This document shows positions 1 to 14,640 of a DNA stretch of 64,000 bases, one piece after another. A program made the position numbers and the translations under genes. The DNA comes from Haliotis rubra (taxonomy: Eukaryota), in the NCBI RefSeq assembly GCF_003918875.1, contig NW_025767224.1, positions 868,001 through 932,000 on the forward strand, written 5' to 3'. How positions within the stretch are numbered: position 1 is the stretch's first letter; every line of letters starts with the position of its first letter. The notes under the pieces were generated by a model. The model was not told the DNA's origin, made no database searches, and worked only from the letters and a program-made list of their open reading frames with translations.

Positions 1-94
1 CTCTTGAATGAAACCAAGCACTTGATAGCTGGTCAAGGTTGTTTATACTAGAAATCCAATTAAACATATTCCTAAAATTCGCAATAATTTCTGG

Positions 95-310
95 TTATAC
101 AAAACAGTGCTAGCCCACTAATACACCACGCCACATTTTAGCATGAATACCCAACTCAAACCCAGCATACTGACTTCGAGCCGACCAGTCCTTGATGTAG
201 TTCCCTTATGCCGAGTGCCAGCCAGGGTAACAACAAGTACTATCTTTTACCGCCGCGGCTCGGGATCGAACCTCGACCCCAACCTTCTGAGTCACACAAG
301 ACCACGGAGG
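95..310 (-). mobile_element. Degenerate tRNA-derived SINE, family B
   Basis: Contains gtgctagcccact, atgaatacccaactca, gagccgaccagtccttg and gggatcgaacc, matching the reverse complement of the full copy at 57377-57733. Confidence 0.65.
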
Positions 311-1204
311 CAGCCCAATGTCAGTCGTCATATGGCTAATCTACCCTGTGTGTAGCTCTTGTGTAGCCCATAATATACCGTACATTGTATGTAATTTGTA
401 CATTATTTTCAACCAACTTGGGTAGTAAAACAAATGAAGAATAAACATATATCAACTGCATGAATTATCACGATAACCTTATGTATTTTATGTCTTCGAG
501 CAGTGTAACACCCTACAAACATATAAAATGTATCATTTACGATTTAATGGATATGGTGAGGGTGGGGTGGGGTAGATACTGAGGGAGCTGGACATTCCCA
601 CGGACAATTGTATTCCTTTAAAGCTTTGACTTTCTCACTATTCTCGATGTTGAGAAATTATTACCCAGTTAGAGCCCTGGGATTAGCGCTGAAATAGAGA
701 CCTAAACTGTCAAATCACTCAGTGCCAACTCATGATCGATGGATATTCAATAATTTGAAGTCAAAGATGGAGTCGAATAAATTTCAGCATCAATAAGCAA
801 TATGTTCCAGAAACTTACCATGAAGAAAGTTCTCGAACGATGAAGCTTTACATTTTCAAACAACCAGTGGTGGATGACAATATTTTCCAAAACAAACCTG
901 ACTACTCTTCATGCTGAAGAGTCTTTCATCCACGAAACCTGACGAATTAACGACCCAGAGTAAGGTCCACAACCCCTAGTCAATATCGATATGTCACCAG
1001 CCATACTTCACGAAGCTAACAATAACAGTTGAAGAGTCCAATGGTTAGTTTTAGAACGATAATAATTTCATGGATGTGTGTTTGATGCGATTGAGGAAGA
1101 TACGTGCCTATATAGTAGTGAAGTCTCTACAAGGCAAGTTTGACATTAATGAGCACGTTACATCGTGTTTTTTGTATACTGTTATACTTGACTCCAGATA
1201 CAGC

Positions 1205-1320
1205 AGTGAGTGAGTCCTCATCTACGTTGCTTATCGCCATATTCCAGCCACAGCACGTCGGGGTACACTGGAAACGGGCTTCACAGGGGCCTTTGTTATG
1301 GCGAGTAAACGCTTTTACCA
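1205..1320 (-). mobile_element. Degenerate SINE family A
   Basis: gtgagtgagt tail, atattccagc and gaaacgggcttcaca, as in the intact copies. Confidence 0.5.
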
Positions 1321-1729
1321 AAACGTTTCCCTACTGACTCCAGATGTATTGACAGTGTCTCTGATTAGATAATGCAAGTTTAGTATGGAAAGAAGATTCT
1401 AACAGCTAAAGCTTTTCGGTGAAGGTTAAATCCCAGTAACGGAGGTGACAAGAGCTGCGTGACGCCACAACCACCAATCTGTGTATAGTGGTTTATGTAC
1501 GCTTCTTTTGTTAAGTGGAGTTTTAATGGCGGGGAAAATATGGGTAATATGTTCGTAGTAGCTGTCATTGGCGGCAATTGATTGAAACTTTTAGTAACAA
1601 ACACCAATTAGATCCCGTCGCGGGCAGATCGGGACAGCAGTACAGCAGCGAATAGAGCTTTGAACATTTTAAGGTTGGTTTTGTGCTGGAATGAGATTGA
1701 TCTGCCCTTTTTGTTCAAATGAACATGGA

Positions 1730-1855
1730 TACCCATGAAGGCCCGGATTAGAATAGGTCTCACTCGTGAAAGAACGTGTTAGAATTGGTCTTCGGCAACC
1801 CGTGCTTGTCGTAAAAGGCGACTAACGGGATCGGAAGGCCAGGTTCGCTGACACA
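1730..1855 (+). mobile_element. 5' fragment of dispersed repeat family C (SINE-like)
   Basis: acccatgaagg...caacccgtgcttgtcgtaaaaggcgactaacgggatcgg, shared with 47545-47785 and 56428-56690. Confidence 0.65.
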
Positions 1856-2272
1856 ACAGATCCATCAAGGCTCCCAGTAACATACGTTACTATATCCCAT
1901 CAGTTGTAACTAGTGGTTGCAACGCGTATTAGAAGAAGAACACAGAAACTTTCGTCTTTCGTATCGTTTCATTTCATATCAACTGTCTTTAAGTTGGGGA
2001 CAATGAAATAGACTTCAAATAGTATATTATTTTTTCACGATATTGTCTTCCCATAATAACAAAGCAACGGACAAACATCGTTTTCCGCTATTGTTTATTC
2101 TTTCATTCCTCCAAGGTATTATTTGAGAGTCAGGTATGGGTATCACTAATACTCCCCTCCTCTGATCTTCCCATGTTCATGATCGCAAATCAAACAGAAG
2201 AGGAAACATTTTAAGCATTTTTTTATTCGGTCGTGCCATTCAGGCAATATTTGAGTGTCATTTGTGGTAGCA

Positions 2273-4298
<2,026 letters not shown>

Positions 4299-4384
4299 GG
4301 TTGGTTGGACTGCGGGTTGGAGAGGAACTCAGTCGGTCTACAAGTTGATTGAGGTATGGTGCACCTTGCCGTTGCCCGCTCCCG

Positions 4385-4390
4385 TTTATA
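4385..4390 (-). promoter_or_regulatory. TATA box of alpha-tubulin
   Basis: TATAAA on the minus strand about 90 nt upstream of the ATG exon, in a locally GC/CpG-richer context. Confidence 0.6.
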
Positions 4391-4661
4391 CTATTGCGTG
4401 TTGTCAGGGACGCAGCTATGGGAACCGGTTGCTGGGTTGACATCACGGCAGGTTCAGTAAAACTGTTAATTGTCAAGGTCTTACAAAGAGGGTGATACGG
4501 CTTAATTACTTCATGACACAGATCCTCGTAATGTTAACACATGGTGTTAATTCGTTTGCTTCAGCAAGTGTTCTCATAGTTGCGTGGCCTTTTTTCCAAA
4601 AGTATGCGATTTTGTAATGTTTCCCTTTAAAAACACATCACTAAAATGTTATGTGTATAAC

Positions 4662-4830
4662 CACACGTGCCTGTGTGTGTTTGTCTCTGTGCGTGCGTGT
4701 GCGTGTATGTGCGCTTCGTGCGTGTGTGTGCGTTTTTATGTGAGAGAGCGTGCACGTGTGTTTGTGTGCATGCGAGTGTGTCGGTTTGCATGCGTACGTG
4801 CGTGTGCGTGCGTGCGTGAGTCCGTGCGTG
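4662..4830. repeat. Compound (GT/GC)n alternating purine-pyrimidine microsatellite
   Basis: gtgcgtgcgtgtgcgtgtatgtgcg... for about 170 nt. Confidence 0.85.
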
Positions 4831-5399
4831 CTCATTAACCCGCCCTACAGTAGATGTAAATCCAGATTTCCACAGGTTGAAACTCTAATCTCACTTGGGC
4901 TTGTCTTTATCAAAATCATTTGCAGTAGTATCTTCCATTAATACTTTGGGTGATTTGGGAATGATAGTGTATATGTTCTGTGGAGCATTCTTAAATATTA
5001 TTATGATTATTTAGACTAGTCAAGTAGTTTTATAAACTATCAATCATCACACTATGACGTACGTTTGCTATTTAACTCAGCAATATTCCACATTTATGTA
5101 TAGACGGTGGTATTTAAACAGTATATGATATGCTACATAACGAAAAGTGAGTAATGTGTGCATCAATTTGCTATATAAACAATTTTATATATTATTGTTG
5201 TAAAACAGTCATTGTGGTATAACTGCCTCAACATAATAAAAACTTATGACGAAAGAAAGCTCGCGCCGTATGCAACCAAGGGAGGTAACTCTAGTTACAG
5301 TCGTTTGACTTTCACATTGGAATGGATCGCAGGGTGCACTGAGAATGATGATAAAATCGGTTACTACTTTGCAACGTGGAATACAAAACTAACTCCGTG

Positions 5400-8300
5400 A
5401 TGCTTTTAAGGAATATTTCTCGTTGTTTACTTCAAAGACTGCGCCCACAGCATAGGTAAATTTATAGTAGAGAGTGTCACCTGTTTTCGTGATACTAGGT
5501 AACGACACCAGATACCTTCATCAATGTGCCTAACATTGCTATATGTATCTATGTACGGCACTGTCTGTGTGTCAGTATATTTTAGGCCCTCTGTGATCAA
5601 AAGGACACAGACTCTATGGTATCTCCGGGAATGAATATAAATTCTTCATCTGATAAGGATTAATTTTTTAAAACATGTTTCTTTATTTGTATCTGAAGAT
5701 ACTGAAAGACATATCCAACTTCTGAAAATGCCACTCAAAGGATTTTTTCCTCATCGTTAAAAGTTAGGGGGATACGGGCGGAAGTCTTACGTCCTGAGCC
5801 TGAGTGGGATAGACATGTTGAACTGCAGCATGGTATCTCATGTGCACAAGATATTCACATAATCATCATTACTTGATGACATAGATTTAACTGCTGTATA
5901 TATGTCCGACAGTGTCATTTGAGACGCAGACAAATCTGAATCATCTTCCCTGTGACAGAGCACAATCCTGGTACAAATGTCAGTTTCCCTAATGAAGATA
6001 TTGACTGAAATCTTACATGTTTCAGTGTGACGCCTGTTCGACATCACAACATCGATGGAAACGTCACAGCTACAGCGACCACGGTCACCATCCTCGGCAA
6101 GGAAGATGACACTGTGACCTTTATAGATGCCTACAGTTCGGTTGGATTCAAGCTCAACAATGGTTTCCGGATATTTGGCCCGTGTGCTGTGTTTCCACGA
6201 TCAGTTCTTCACTGGAATGTACGTTTCACAGTGCACAAATACAATAAGTATTGAAGGAGTAGTGAACATCTAAGATGTCAGTTTGACATGAAATAGATAC
6301 TTGTAACTTCAACACCTTGGTGTCAAGTACAAGTCCCTCATTAAGATCTGGCCATATGAGTTGACTAACAGAATCAGCTGATCTGACTCACTGGCTTGAT
6401 TAATGCATGTCATCATATCCATGCTGGGTAGATAAGTGCTCATGATGTCAATCACTGGATTGTCTTGTCACGACTGGTCATATAGCTGGAATATTGCTGA
6501 GTTGGGCGTTTACCACAACTAAGCTATTCTCAACAAGTGGCAAGATTACTTAACTCAACATTACTCAGTACCAATGATGTATTCACCCTCTAATTTAAGT
6601 CTCCAGTCCATTACGATATGGACCCATGTGTGTCATAGCTTTGTTTGGGAAGTGTTACCCGTAACACTGCATAATATACTACTGATACACAGTGATACAA
6701 ACCTTGTTAATGGAGAAAATATGTAGACATGGTAAATATGTGTATTCCGTGGGTTTTATGAAAATGAAATATTTATTTCAATTTTCCTGTGAGAATTTGA
6801 CTGTAAACATTCTACAGAAAGATAGTAAGTAAATGGGGCTGGGATGTTTAGTCTAACAACATGGTGATATGTTACTGAAAATAATCAAGGACTTAATTCA
6901 TTAACCTGGTGATTAGCTCATCTTGAAACCCAGACTCCAGCACTGACAGGGTTTCTATCTATACAGACAAGAGTTATGTCCCTTAGATCATGAATCTGTG
7001 TTTGTTGCATAGCATGACACAGCTGAATACAGGCATTACCTGAAATAGTCCCAACCCTTATTGTTGAGAGTGACTGAATGTATCAGTATGTAGATGTGAT
7101 ATGTGAAAGTTCTGTTTATTGTTCTGTTACTTGTTTTGAGACTTGTCCCAGTGGAGCTTGTTATACTTTAGTCACACGTTTGTTGTTATCCAGGTGAGCG
7201 GGCCGGAGGACATCAGCCAGGACTCACTTTCACTTTTCACCATCTTGGAACCGAAGATAGGTATGCAGTTTCATTGTGTAGGCAGTGTCAGTATCGAGTG
7301 AGTGTCATTAAGTATGCTGTGTCAGTGTGTGGACGGTAACAGTGTGAATACAGTGTCATTAAGTATGCTGTGTCAGTGTGTGGACGGTATCAGTGTGAAT
7401 ACAGTGTCATTAAGTATGCTGTGTAAGTGTGTGGACGGTATCAGTGTGAATACAGTGTCATTAAGTATGCTGTGTCAGTGTGTGGACGGTATCAGTGTGA
7501 ATGCAGTGTCATTAAGCATGCTATGTGTGGACAGTGTGAATACAGTGCAGTGTCATTGTGGAAGTATGCTGTGTCATTAAGTATGCAGTGTGTGGACAGT
7601 ATCAGTGTGAATACAGTGTCATTAAGTATGCTGTGTCAGTGTGTGGATGGTATCAGTGTGAATACAGTGTCATTAAGTATGTGTGTAAGTAAGTATGCTG
7701 TGTGTCATTAAGTATGCTGTGTCAGTGTGTGGATGGTATCAGTGTGAATAGTGTCATTAAGTATGCTGTGTCAGTGTGTGGATGGTATCAGTGTGAATAC
7801 AGTGTCATTAAGTATGCTGTGTAAGTGTGTGGATCAGTGTGAATACAGTGTCATTAAGTATGCTGTGTCAGTGTGTGGATCAGTGTGAATACAGTGTCAT
7901 TAAGTATGCTGTGTAAGTGTGTGGATCAGTGTGAATACAGTGTCATTAAGTATGCTGTGTCAGTGTGTGGATGGTATCAGTGTGAATACAGTGTCATTAA
8001 GTATGCTGTGTAAGTGTGTGGACGGTATCAGTGTGAATACAGTGTCATTAAGTATGCTGTGTCAGTGTGTGAATGGTATCAGTGTGAATACAGTGTCATT
8101 AAGTAACCAGTGTCAGTATCGAGTGTCATTAAGTATGCTGTGTCAGTGTGTGGATGGTATCAGTGTGAAAACATTGTCATTAAGTATGCTGTGTCAGTGT
8201 GTGGATGGTATCAGTGTGAATACAGTGTCATTAAGTAACCAGTGTCAGTATGGTGCGTGTCACTGTGTAGACACTGTCTCAACTTTTTGTTTCAGTGTAT

Positions 8301-9337
8301 ACACAGTGTCAGTGTGTAGGTAGTTTGTTTCAGTATATAAACAGTGTCAGTGTACAATAAACATCCGTCAGTGTTTCATTCACACCAAGTGGACTGTGAC
8401 CGATCCACTCACCCTTGACCTTTCAGACATCCTGGTTCTTGGTATCGGGGACAAAGGAGCAAAGTATGACACCAGTATCATCAAGTATCTCCGCAGCAAC
8501 AAGATCAACGTGGAAGTCCTACCCACGGTCAGTCAATCAGAGTGGTGGCGTGTTGTAGCTGATGTGGAGTAGAAACTGAAAAACTGGTTAAACTTATTCC
8601 CCTCTAGACCTCTGTGTTTTGGGGATACAGTGTCTGTCAGGAGAGAGGATTGTAAGAGGTTTGATCAATGTGTCATACAGATGGTTCTTGCAGTGACCCT
8701 AGCCTACACTGGCATCTTCCCATTATGACTACTCCCATTTGTCAACTCATGAACATAAACATATAATGGAGCACCCCTACATGTAATGATGTACTGTACC
8801 TGTATAGAGCCTGATGCTCAGCATTGGGAGGAGAAAACAGACACTGGTCAACTTGGAGTCAGTATACTGTGTCTGATCGATATATCCTTTAAACTCATTC
8901 AGGCACAAATGCACTCACATGCAGACACTCTGAGAGAGAAGGGTCATTTGCCGGTTTCCTGTGTATAAGTGAGTGAGTGAGTTAAGATTTAAAGTCACAT
9001 CGGCAATATTTCAGCCATATCGTGACTCCTGTGTATAAGTAAATACAATAGTTTTGTGTATCATATATCATTTCAGGACCAGGCGTGTTCGACCTTCAAT
9101 TTCCTCAACTCTGAGCGGCGGTATGTGGCTGGTGCTTTGATTCCCCCGACATACGTTCACATCCAGCACGACGAGGATGCACAGGTCCGCACACAGCTGG
9201 AAAGGCGGGGTCTGTACGATATGGAGTTCAACCGGACCCCTGACACACCAGGGGAGTTTGAGGAGGAGGTCAAGGACATCAAACAGAGAATGTCCAAATA
9301 CATCTCCAGAGAGGATGACCCTTCCAAGAGAAAGTAA
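5400..9337 (+). CDS. NDUFAF3: NADH:ubiquinone oxidoreductase complex assembly factor 3 (Mth938/DUF498 domain), 225 aa; exons 5400-5455, 6026-6218, 7194-7260, 8427-8527, 9077-9337
   Basis: All introns are GT-AG and phase-compatible (678 nt). N-terminus MLLRNISRCLLQRLRPQH looks like a mitochondrial presequence. Motifs IDAYSSVGFKLNNGFRIFGPCAVFPRSVLHWNV, SLSLFTILEPKIDILVLGIGD, INVEVLPT and ACSTFNFLNSERRYVAGALIPP match the family. AATAAA at 9616-9621. Confidence 0.93.
6370..6520 (+). mobile_element. 3' fragment of repeat family C
   Basis: gctcatgatgtcaatcactggattgtct...atagctggaatattgctgagttgggcgtt. Confidence 0.6.
7302..8260. repeat. 51-bp minisatellite (about 18 copies) in NDUFAF3 intron 3
   Basis: Unit cagtgtcattaagtatgctgtgtcagtgtgtggacggtatcagtgtgaata; starts at 7351 and 7402 are 51 nt apart. 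Confidence 0.95.
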
Positions 9338-9804
9338 CTCTTGTGGTGAACGGATTTTACTCAGGAACATTTACAAGCTGTGAAAAAGGACAGTTATTGT
9401 TGTTCTTCATCCTTGGCATCAGGTTTGTCCCTGGTTGAAGAACAGACTCCAAGGCAAATATAGATATAGATGCTGATGTTCTATGCAGCATTACTGTGTT
9501 TGCCAATTAATTTCTGATGTTGATGGAAGGCAATGTTTTGTTTCTTGGCAAGACAAATGGTAAATCCCATGGACTCACTGAAGTTATTTGTACTAGAAGT
9601 GTTAGATAGTAGAGAAATAAAGCAAGGATAAGTCTTTATATTGAACACTATTGGTTTACTGGTCTTTTGTTTTGAACATTTCAAAGGGTTACACTTGTTA
9701 TTCATGTATGTCAAGTGTGTGAATATTTGTGGCATGTCAACTGGTCAAGTAAATTTACAGTCACACAGCCTTGTGACCTGGAGTTAGATCTAGTCCACAT
9801 TATA

Positions 9805-9970
9805 CTGACTGACTGAGTTTGGTTTTACGCCGCTTTTAGCAATATTCCAGCAACATCACGGCGGGGGACACCAGAAATGGGCTTCACACATTGTACCCAT
9901 GTGGGGATTCGAACCCGGATCTTCGGCGGGACGAGCCAACGCTTTAACCATTAGGCTACCCCACCGCCCC
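9805..9970 (-). mobile_element. tRNA-derived SINE family A, full length, 11-bp TSD
   Basis: A-box tagcctaatggttaaagcg and B-box gggttcgaatcccc on the minus strand, (cagt)n tail, TSD tccacattata at 9794-9804 and 9971-9981. Confidence 0.9.
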
Positions 9971-12574
9971 TCCACATTATAAACAGTGAAAATACTGTAA
10001 ACTGTCCCACATCCATTGTCCAAGAAAAAAACAACCGTGACAAAATTCACATAATTCATTTATTATTGCCTCACGTTTCTATGTATATCAAACAATACAC
10101 AAAACAAGCCTACTGTGTGTATATAATTTACAAGAGACACTTTTAATTGAGAACTAATCACTTACATTAATAAATGTAATAACAAGATGTATAAAGCATA
10201 GATTGTATGAACACTGACTGCACAGGACAATTGTTCCAACTCACAGTGTACCAGCCATGCAGACACCTGGACACATGAGACTGCGCTACACGCAGAAACA
10301 TAAACACAGCTTCTCACATTACCACCAAAAACCTTTGAAAATTCTAATACCAATTTCAACAAAATCAGCACTACCCTACTAATACATTGGAAGAGTCCAT
10401 CATGGACTGAGGGTAATCAGGTATATGATCCATATTTAGCACCACCAATGAAATATAATTTCAGCCATCAAAATCAGTTCCATAATTTTCATACCTGTTA
10501 TCCACAGAACCTTCAGAAAAGTAGCAAGTTTTCAATTCTACACAATAGTGAAGCACCATGGTCAGATGGAAACTTAAAATAAATGGATTTCTATTTCTGA
10601 ATCATGTTTCAGCACCATCAAACTGCTGGATTACATAATGCTCTGAAGTCTATCAGACAAAATGTCAGCAATGTGATGGCATTTCCCTAATAACTAAATC
10701 AAATCAGTTTAAAACATTTTTTCCGTTTTTCATAAAAATGTTGCAAATATTTTCCTTCACCATTACTATGTCACATTGACTTATCTCACTAATTTGGTCA
10801 TATGGTTGCAAAAGCTAATGGTAACCAGATTTTGATTCATTAACAGAATATTATTCTTCCTCTATGTCCAACATGTTAGCCATTCATGAACAAAAGTACA
10901 CTTACATCACTAACCTGAACATCGCTTTGATTTGTTCAAGAAACAAATTTTGCAAATATCCTACTGCAGTCCAATGTCAGAAACCAGGGGAGGTAATCCA
11001 TCTACTGCATCGCAGGTGCCCAATGCGTGCAAGATGATGAAGGTGAATATTAATCAATACAAAGGTAATTGGTGTATGATGAAGTATGAATTCATATAAA
11101 AATATATGTGCAAGAGTTTAAATGTTCATTTAGAATATCAGAACTAGGCAAATTACTCCTTCGCAAAGTAACTATGTGAAAATACATCCTTTTGTTAAGG
11201 CGGCCATTTCTCTCTAGGTTTACAACATGGTACAGAAGTTTTACAAAGGATGGATGGTAAAGCTAAGCAGTAATACACTTATGACATCTTATTAAAATTT
11301 CACAACAACAAAACTGCCACAAAGTTGTTCCTAAGAAAGATCCAGTATTTCCTGCAAGCCATTTAACTAAATTTTACCCCTTTGTCCAAGATTAGTTTCA
11401 CCTTTTCCCAATATTAAGGCCAAGTGTTGTTTATGTGTATCGAAAATTATCAGGGATGTCCTCTATTGTGGTTACCATGGCTACATGAAGGATAACGTGG
11501 TATCTTTCATCTTTGGTATGTTCCTCCTTGGAAAGATGAATGACATCCCATTAAAGAATGTGGTGTTGGTGTAGCTGTGATAGCACTCATTCAAACGCAG
11601 CCTTCCATCCATCAGCACAAATATCAGAGCATGCTACCATGCCTATTTGACAAACAAACTCAACTCATGATGTTGATGTGTACAAGTGATGGCGCTCTAA
11701 TTGAGACCAGTTATCTATTATGCTTTGAATGTTGCAGTTGGTAAGGGTAGATAACTCTAGTTACATGGAGACCAAATATCAACATAGATCTTGTAAAAAC
11801 AAACTGGTGAAGTTGATGGAGTTATCTCCCCTTGAGTAAGTTCAGCATGTGAAATTGCCAAGGGGGGTAATCATGAGATGACTGTATACAACGATGAATC
11901 AGACATTGAAGGATGACTTTTTCTACAATAAAAATCTTATTTACATTTGACATACATATCAGTTTGTGGATTAACATAGCGTCAATTCAAGCAAACAGGT
12001 TTAAATATATACCTGATAAAACATGTATAACTGATAAAAACACTTATTGTTGATGAAAAGAAAAGATAAAAATCTAAAACTATTCTGCTCAAAAACATAT
12101 ACAGGACATATATGTATATATTCATTCCCACCAGTACAAATGTTTAAAATCAACATATTTGCATTTGGTTTGTATGTATTTTACACAATTTGTTTCTACA
12201 ACACAACTATAGTATTATTAAAATACAAACCAACAACATGTGTTAATATATATATATAATAATAATAATATATAAACTCATTTGAATAAGCTACATAAAA
12301 TGTGACTTCTGTATGGTAGTTCTCAAGGACATGTACACAAGTAGAGATTGAAAATGAACACAATAACTTCAAAACATCATAGATGAATACTTGGTGTTTG
12401 TGAGCTTTGTTTTATATATTATAATTGTATTATGAATTTGACTTTTTTTCATATTTTATATCATCTTTTTCATAATAAAGTCATAAGTTAACAACACAAA
12501 CAATATTGAACACTTACTCATCACATTATAACATTGTATGTTTTCCCCCTTGGCACCATCAAGTGGGCTGCTGG

Positions 12575-13270
12575 AGAAAGTTTGACACACCTGGGATCCT
12601 GTGCAAGACTTTAGACACACCCAGGATCTGGTCTGAGAAGCTTGACACGTCCAGCATCTGGACTGAGAAGCTTGACATGCGCAGGATCATGTGCAAGAAG
12701 CTTGACATGCCTATTATCCTGTGCAAGAAGCTTGACATGCCCAGGACCCTGTGCAAGAAGCTTGACATGCCTACTATCCTGTGCAAGAAGCTTGACATGC
12801 CCAGGATCCTCTGCAAGAAGCTTGACATGCCTAGGATCCTCTGCAAGAAGCTTGACATGCCTACTATCCTGTGCAAGAAGCTTGACATGTCCAGGATCCT
12901 CTGCAAGAAGCTTGACATGCCTAGGATCCTGTGCAAGAAGCTTGACATGTCCAGGATCCTGTGCAAAAAGCTTGACATGCCTAGGATCCTGTGCAAGAAG
13001 CTTGAAACAGGATCTTGTGCAAGAAGCTTGACACCCTGCAATAATCTTTAAGAAGCTTGACCCAACAGGATCCCATGTAAGAAGCTTGACCCAACAGGAT
13101 CCTGTGTGAGAAGCTCGACACACCAGGATCCCATGTAAGAAGCTTGACCCAACAGGATCCTGTGTAAGAAGCTTCACCCAACAGGATCCTGTGTGAGAAG
13201 CTTTACACACCAGGATCCCATGTAAGAAGCTTGACACACCAGGATCCCAATTAAGAAGCTTGACACACCA
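12575..13270. repeat. 30-bp minisatellite (about 23 copies)
   Basis: Unit gtgcaagaagcttgacatgcccaggatcct with exact 30-nt period at 12691-12990; a 28-30-nt variant follows. Confidence 0.95.
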
Positions 13271-14277
13271 GTTCTTAAGCACAATTTTCCACTGACTTAC
13301 TGCGGTCACAAAGTTTAATTACATGAACTATTCAACCTCAATCTCAAAATGTCTACCTTCAGACTAATGCCCTCTTCCTAACAAAGATTTTAATACAGAT
13401 AAGCAGTTTGATTTTCAACTAAGATCTCAATACTGTAAATGGGGTTTGAATCAACCTTTAATTCTCCAAGTTGTCAACATCATATGTTTACTGAATAAAT
13501 GGTGGCCTCAAAACCAAGTGTGTACTCTGGATACATCATCGTTTAAAAATAGTCAGCAGCCAATGATAAATATCAAATTATTTTGCACTAAAAATGTATG
13601 TGACAATTAACAAACTTATTCAGTTTCAATGTTCCACAAAATGATTGCTAGTTCACTTGTGTGTCAAGCTCCTGCCGTGGTCCTCCATCCTCCTCCTCCT
13701 CCCGACTAATCCCTTCTACCACCCTTCCTCTCACTCACAAGGTTACATAATACATAGGATTTCTATATTTTCTATTATACATTCATTTACTTACACATAT
13801 ACCAAACCAGTAAACCTTTTCTTCATACAAAAATATCCCTGAATAAGCAGCTGATGGCAAATGTTTTGGCTAAGTACTTCTTGATTTCTTACCAAAAGTT
13901 CAGATAAGAGAAAGTTTAAGTCTTTACATCCGAGAATATGTTGTCTGCTAACACATGAAACTGTTACCATATTCGACATTTTAAGTGAACTGTTCTATTC
14001 AAAGCAAACATACTTTCCAATTTCTTAGCACAAGGGAAGTTGCAGTGATACAAAGCTTTATGATTCCTTTACAACAATGGATCCAGGAATTTCACAAGGT
14101 GATCTCGATAAAACATGCACATTCATGTATATATTATTTGGGGGCAATACATTGACATGTGACCACAAATTTTCATCCCAGACCCTCCCCCATCACAACT
14201 GTCCCAACTACAACTTATCCACAACAATCCCATCCTCAACTTATTCACCTCTCATCCCCAAACCAGTCAGTTCATCC

Positions 14278-14640
14278 TTTAAAAACCCACAACTTCCCCT
14301 ACTATCACATCCCCGAACCATCCCATCCCTTAAAACACCCACAACTTCCCCTACTATCACATCTCCGAACCATCCCATCCCTTAAAAAGCCCACAACTTC
14401 CCCTACTATCACATCTCCGAACCATCCCATCCCTTAAAAAGCCCACAACTTCCCCTACTATCACATCTCCGAACCATCCCATCCCTTAAAAAGCCCACAA
14501 CTTCACCTACTATCACATCCCCAAACCATCCCATCCCTTAAAAAGCCCACAACTTCCCCGCCCACAACTTCCCCTACTATCACATCCCCAAACCATCCCA
14601 TCCCTTAAAAAGCCCACAACTTCCTCGGCTATCCCATCCT
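14278..14640. repeat. 52-bp C/A-rich minisatellite (about 6.5 copies)
   Basis: Unit aaaaagcccacaacttcccctactatcacatctccgaaccatcccatccctt. Confidence 0.92.

Noticed and set aside
900-975. ctgaaga...gaaac...aggtc resembling a hammerhead ribozyme core
   Set aside because: Stem II and stem I do not pair adequately; likely chance.
7302-8323. Cys-rich repeat ORFs (VSLSMLCQCVDGISVNT)n
   Set aside because: Translation of a 51-bp intronic minisatellite; frames break between units.
9805-9970. tRNA-like A/B boxes here and in similar copies
   Set aside because: They are SINE heads with body, tail and TSDs, not tRNA genes.
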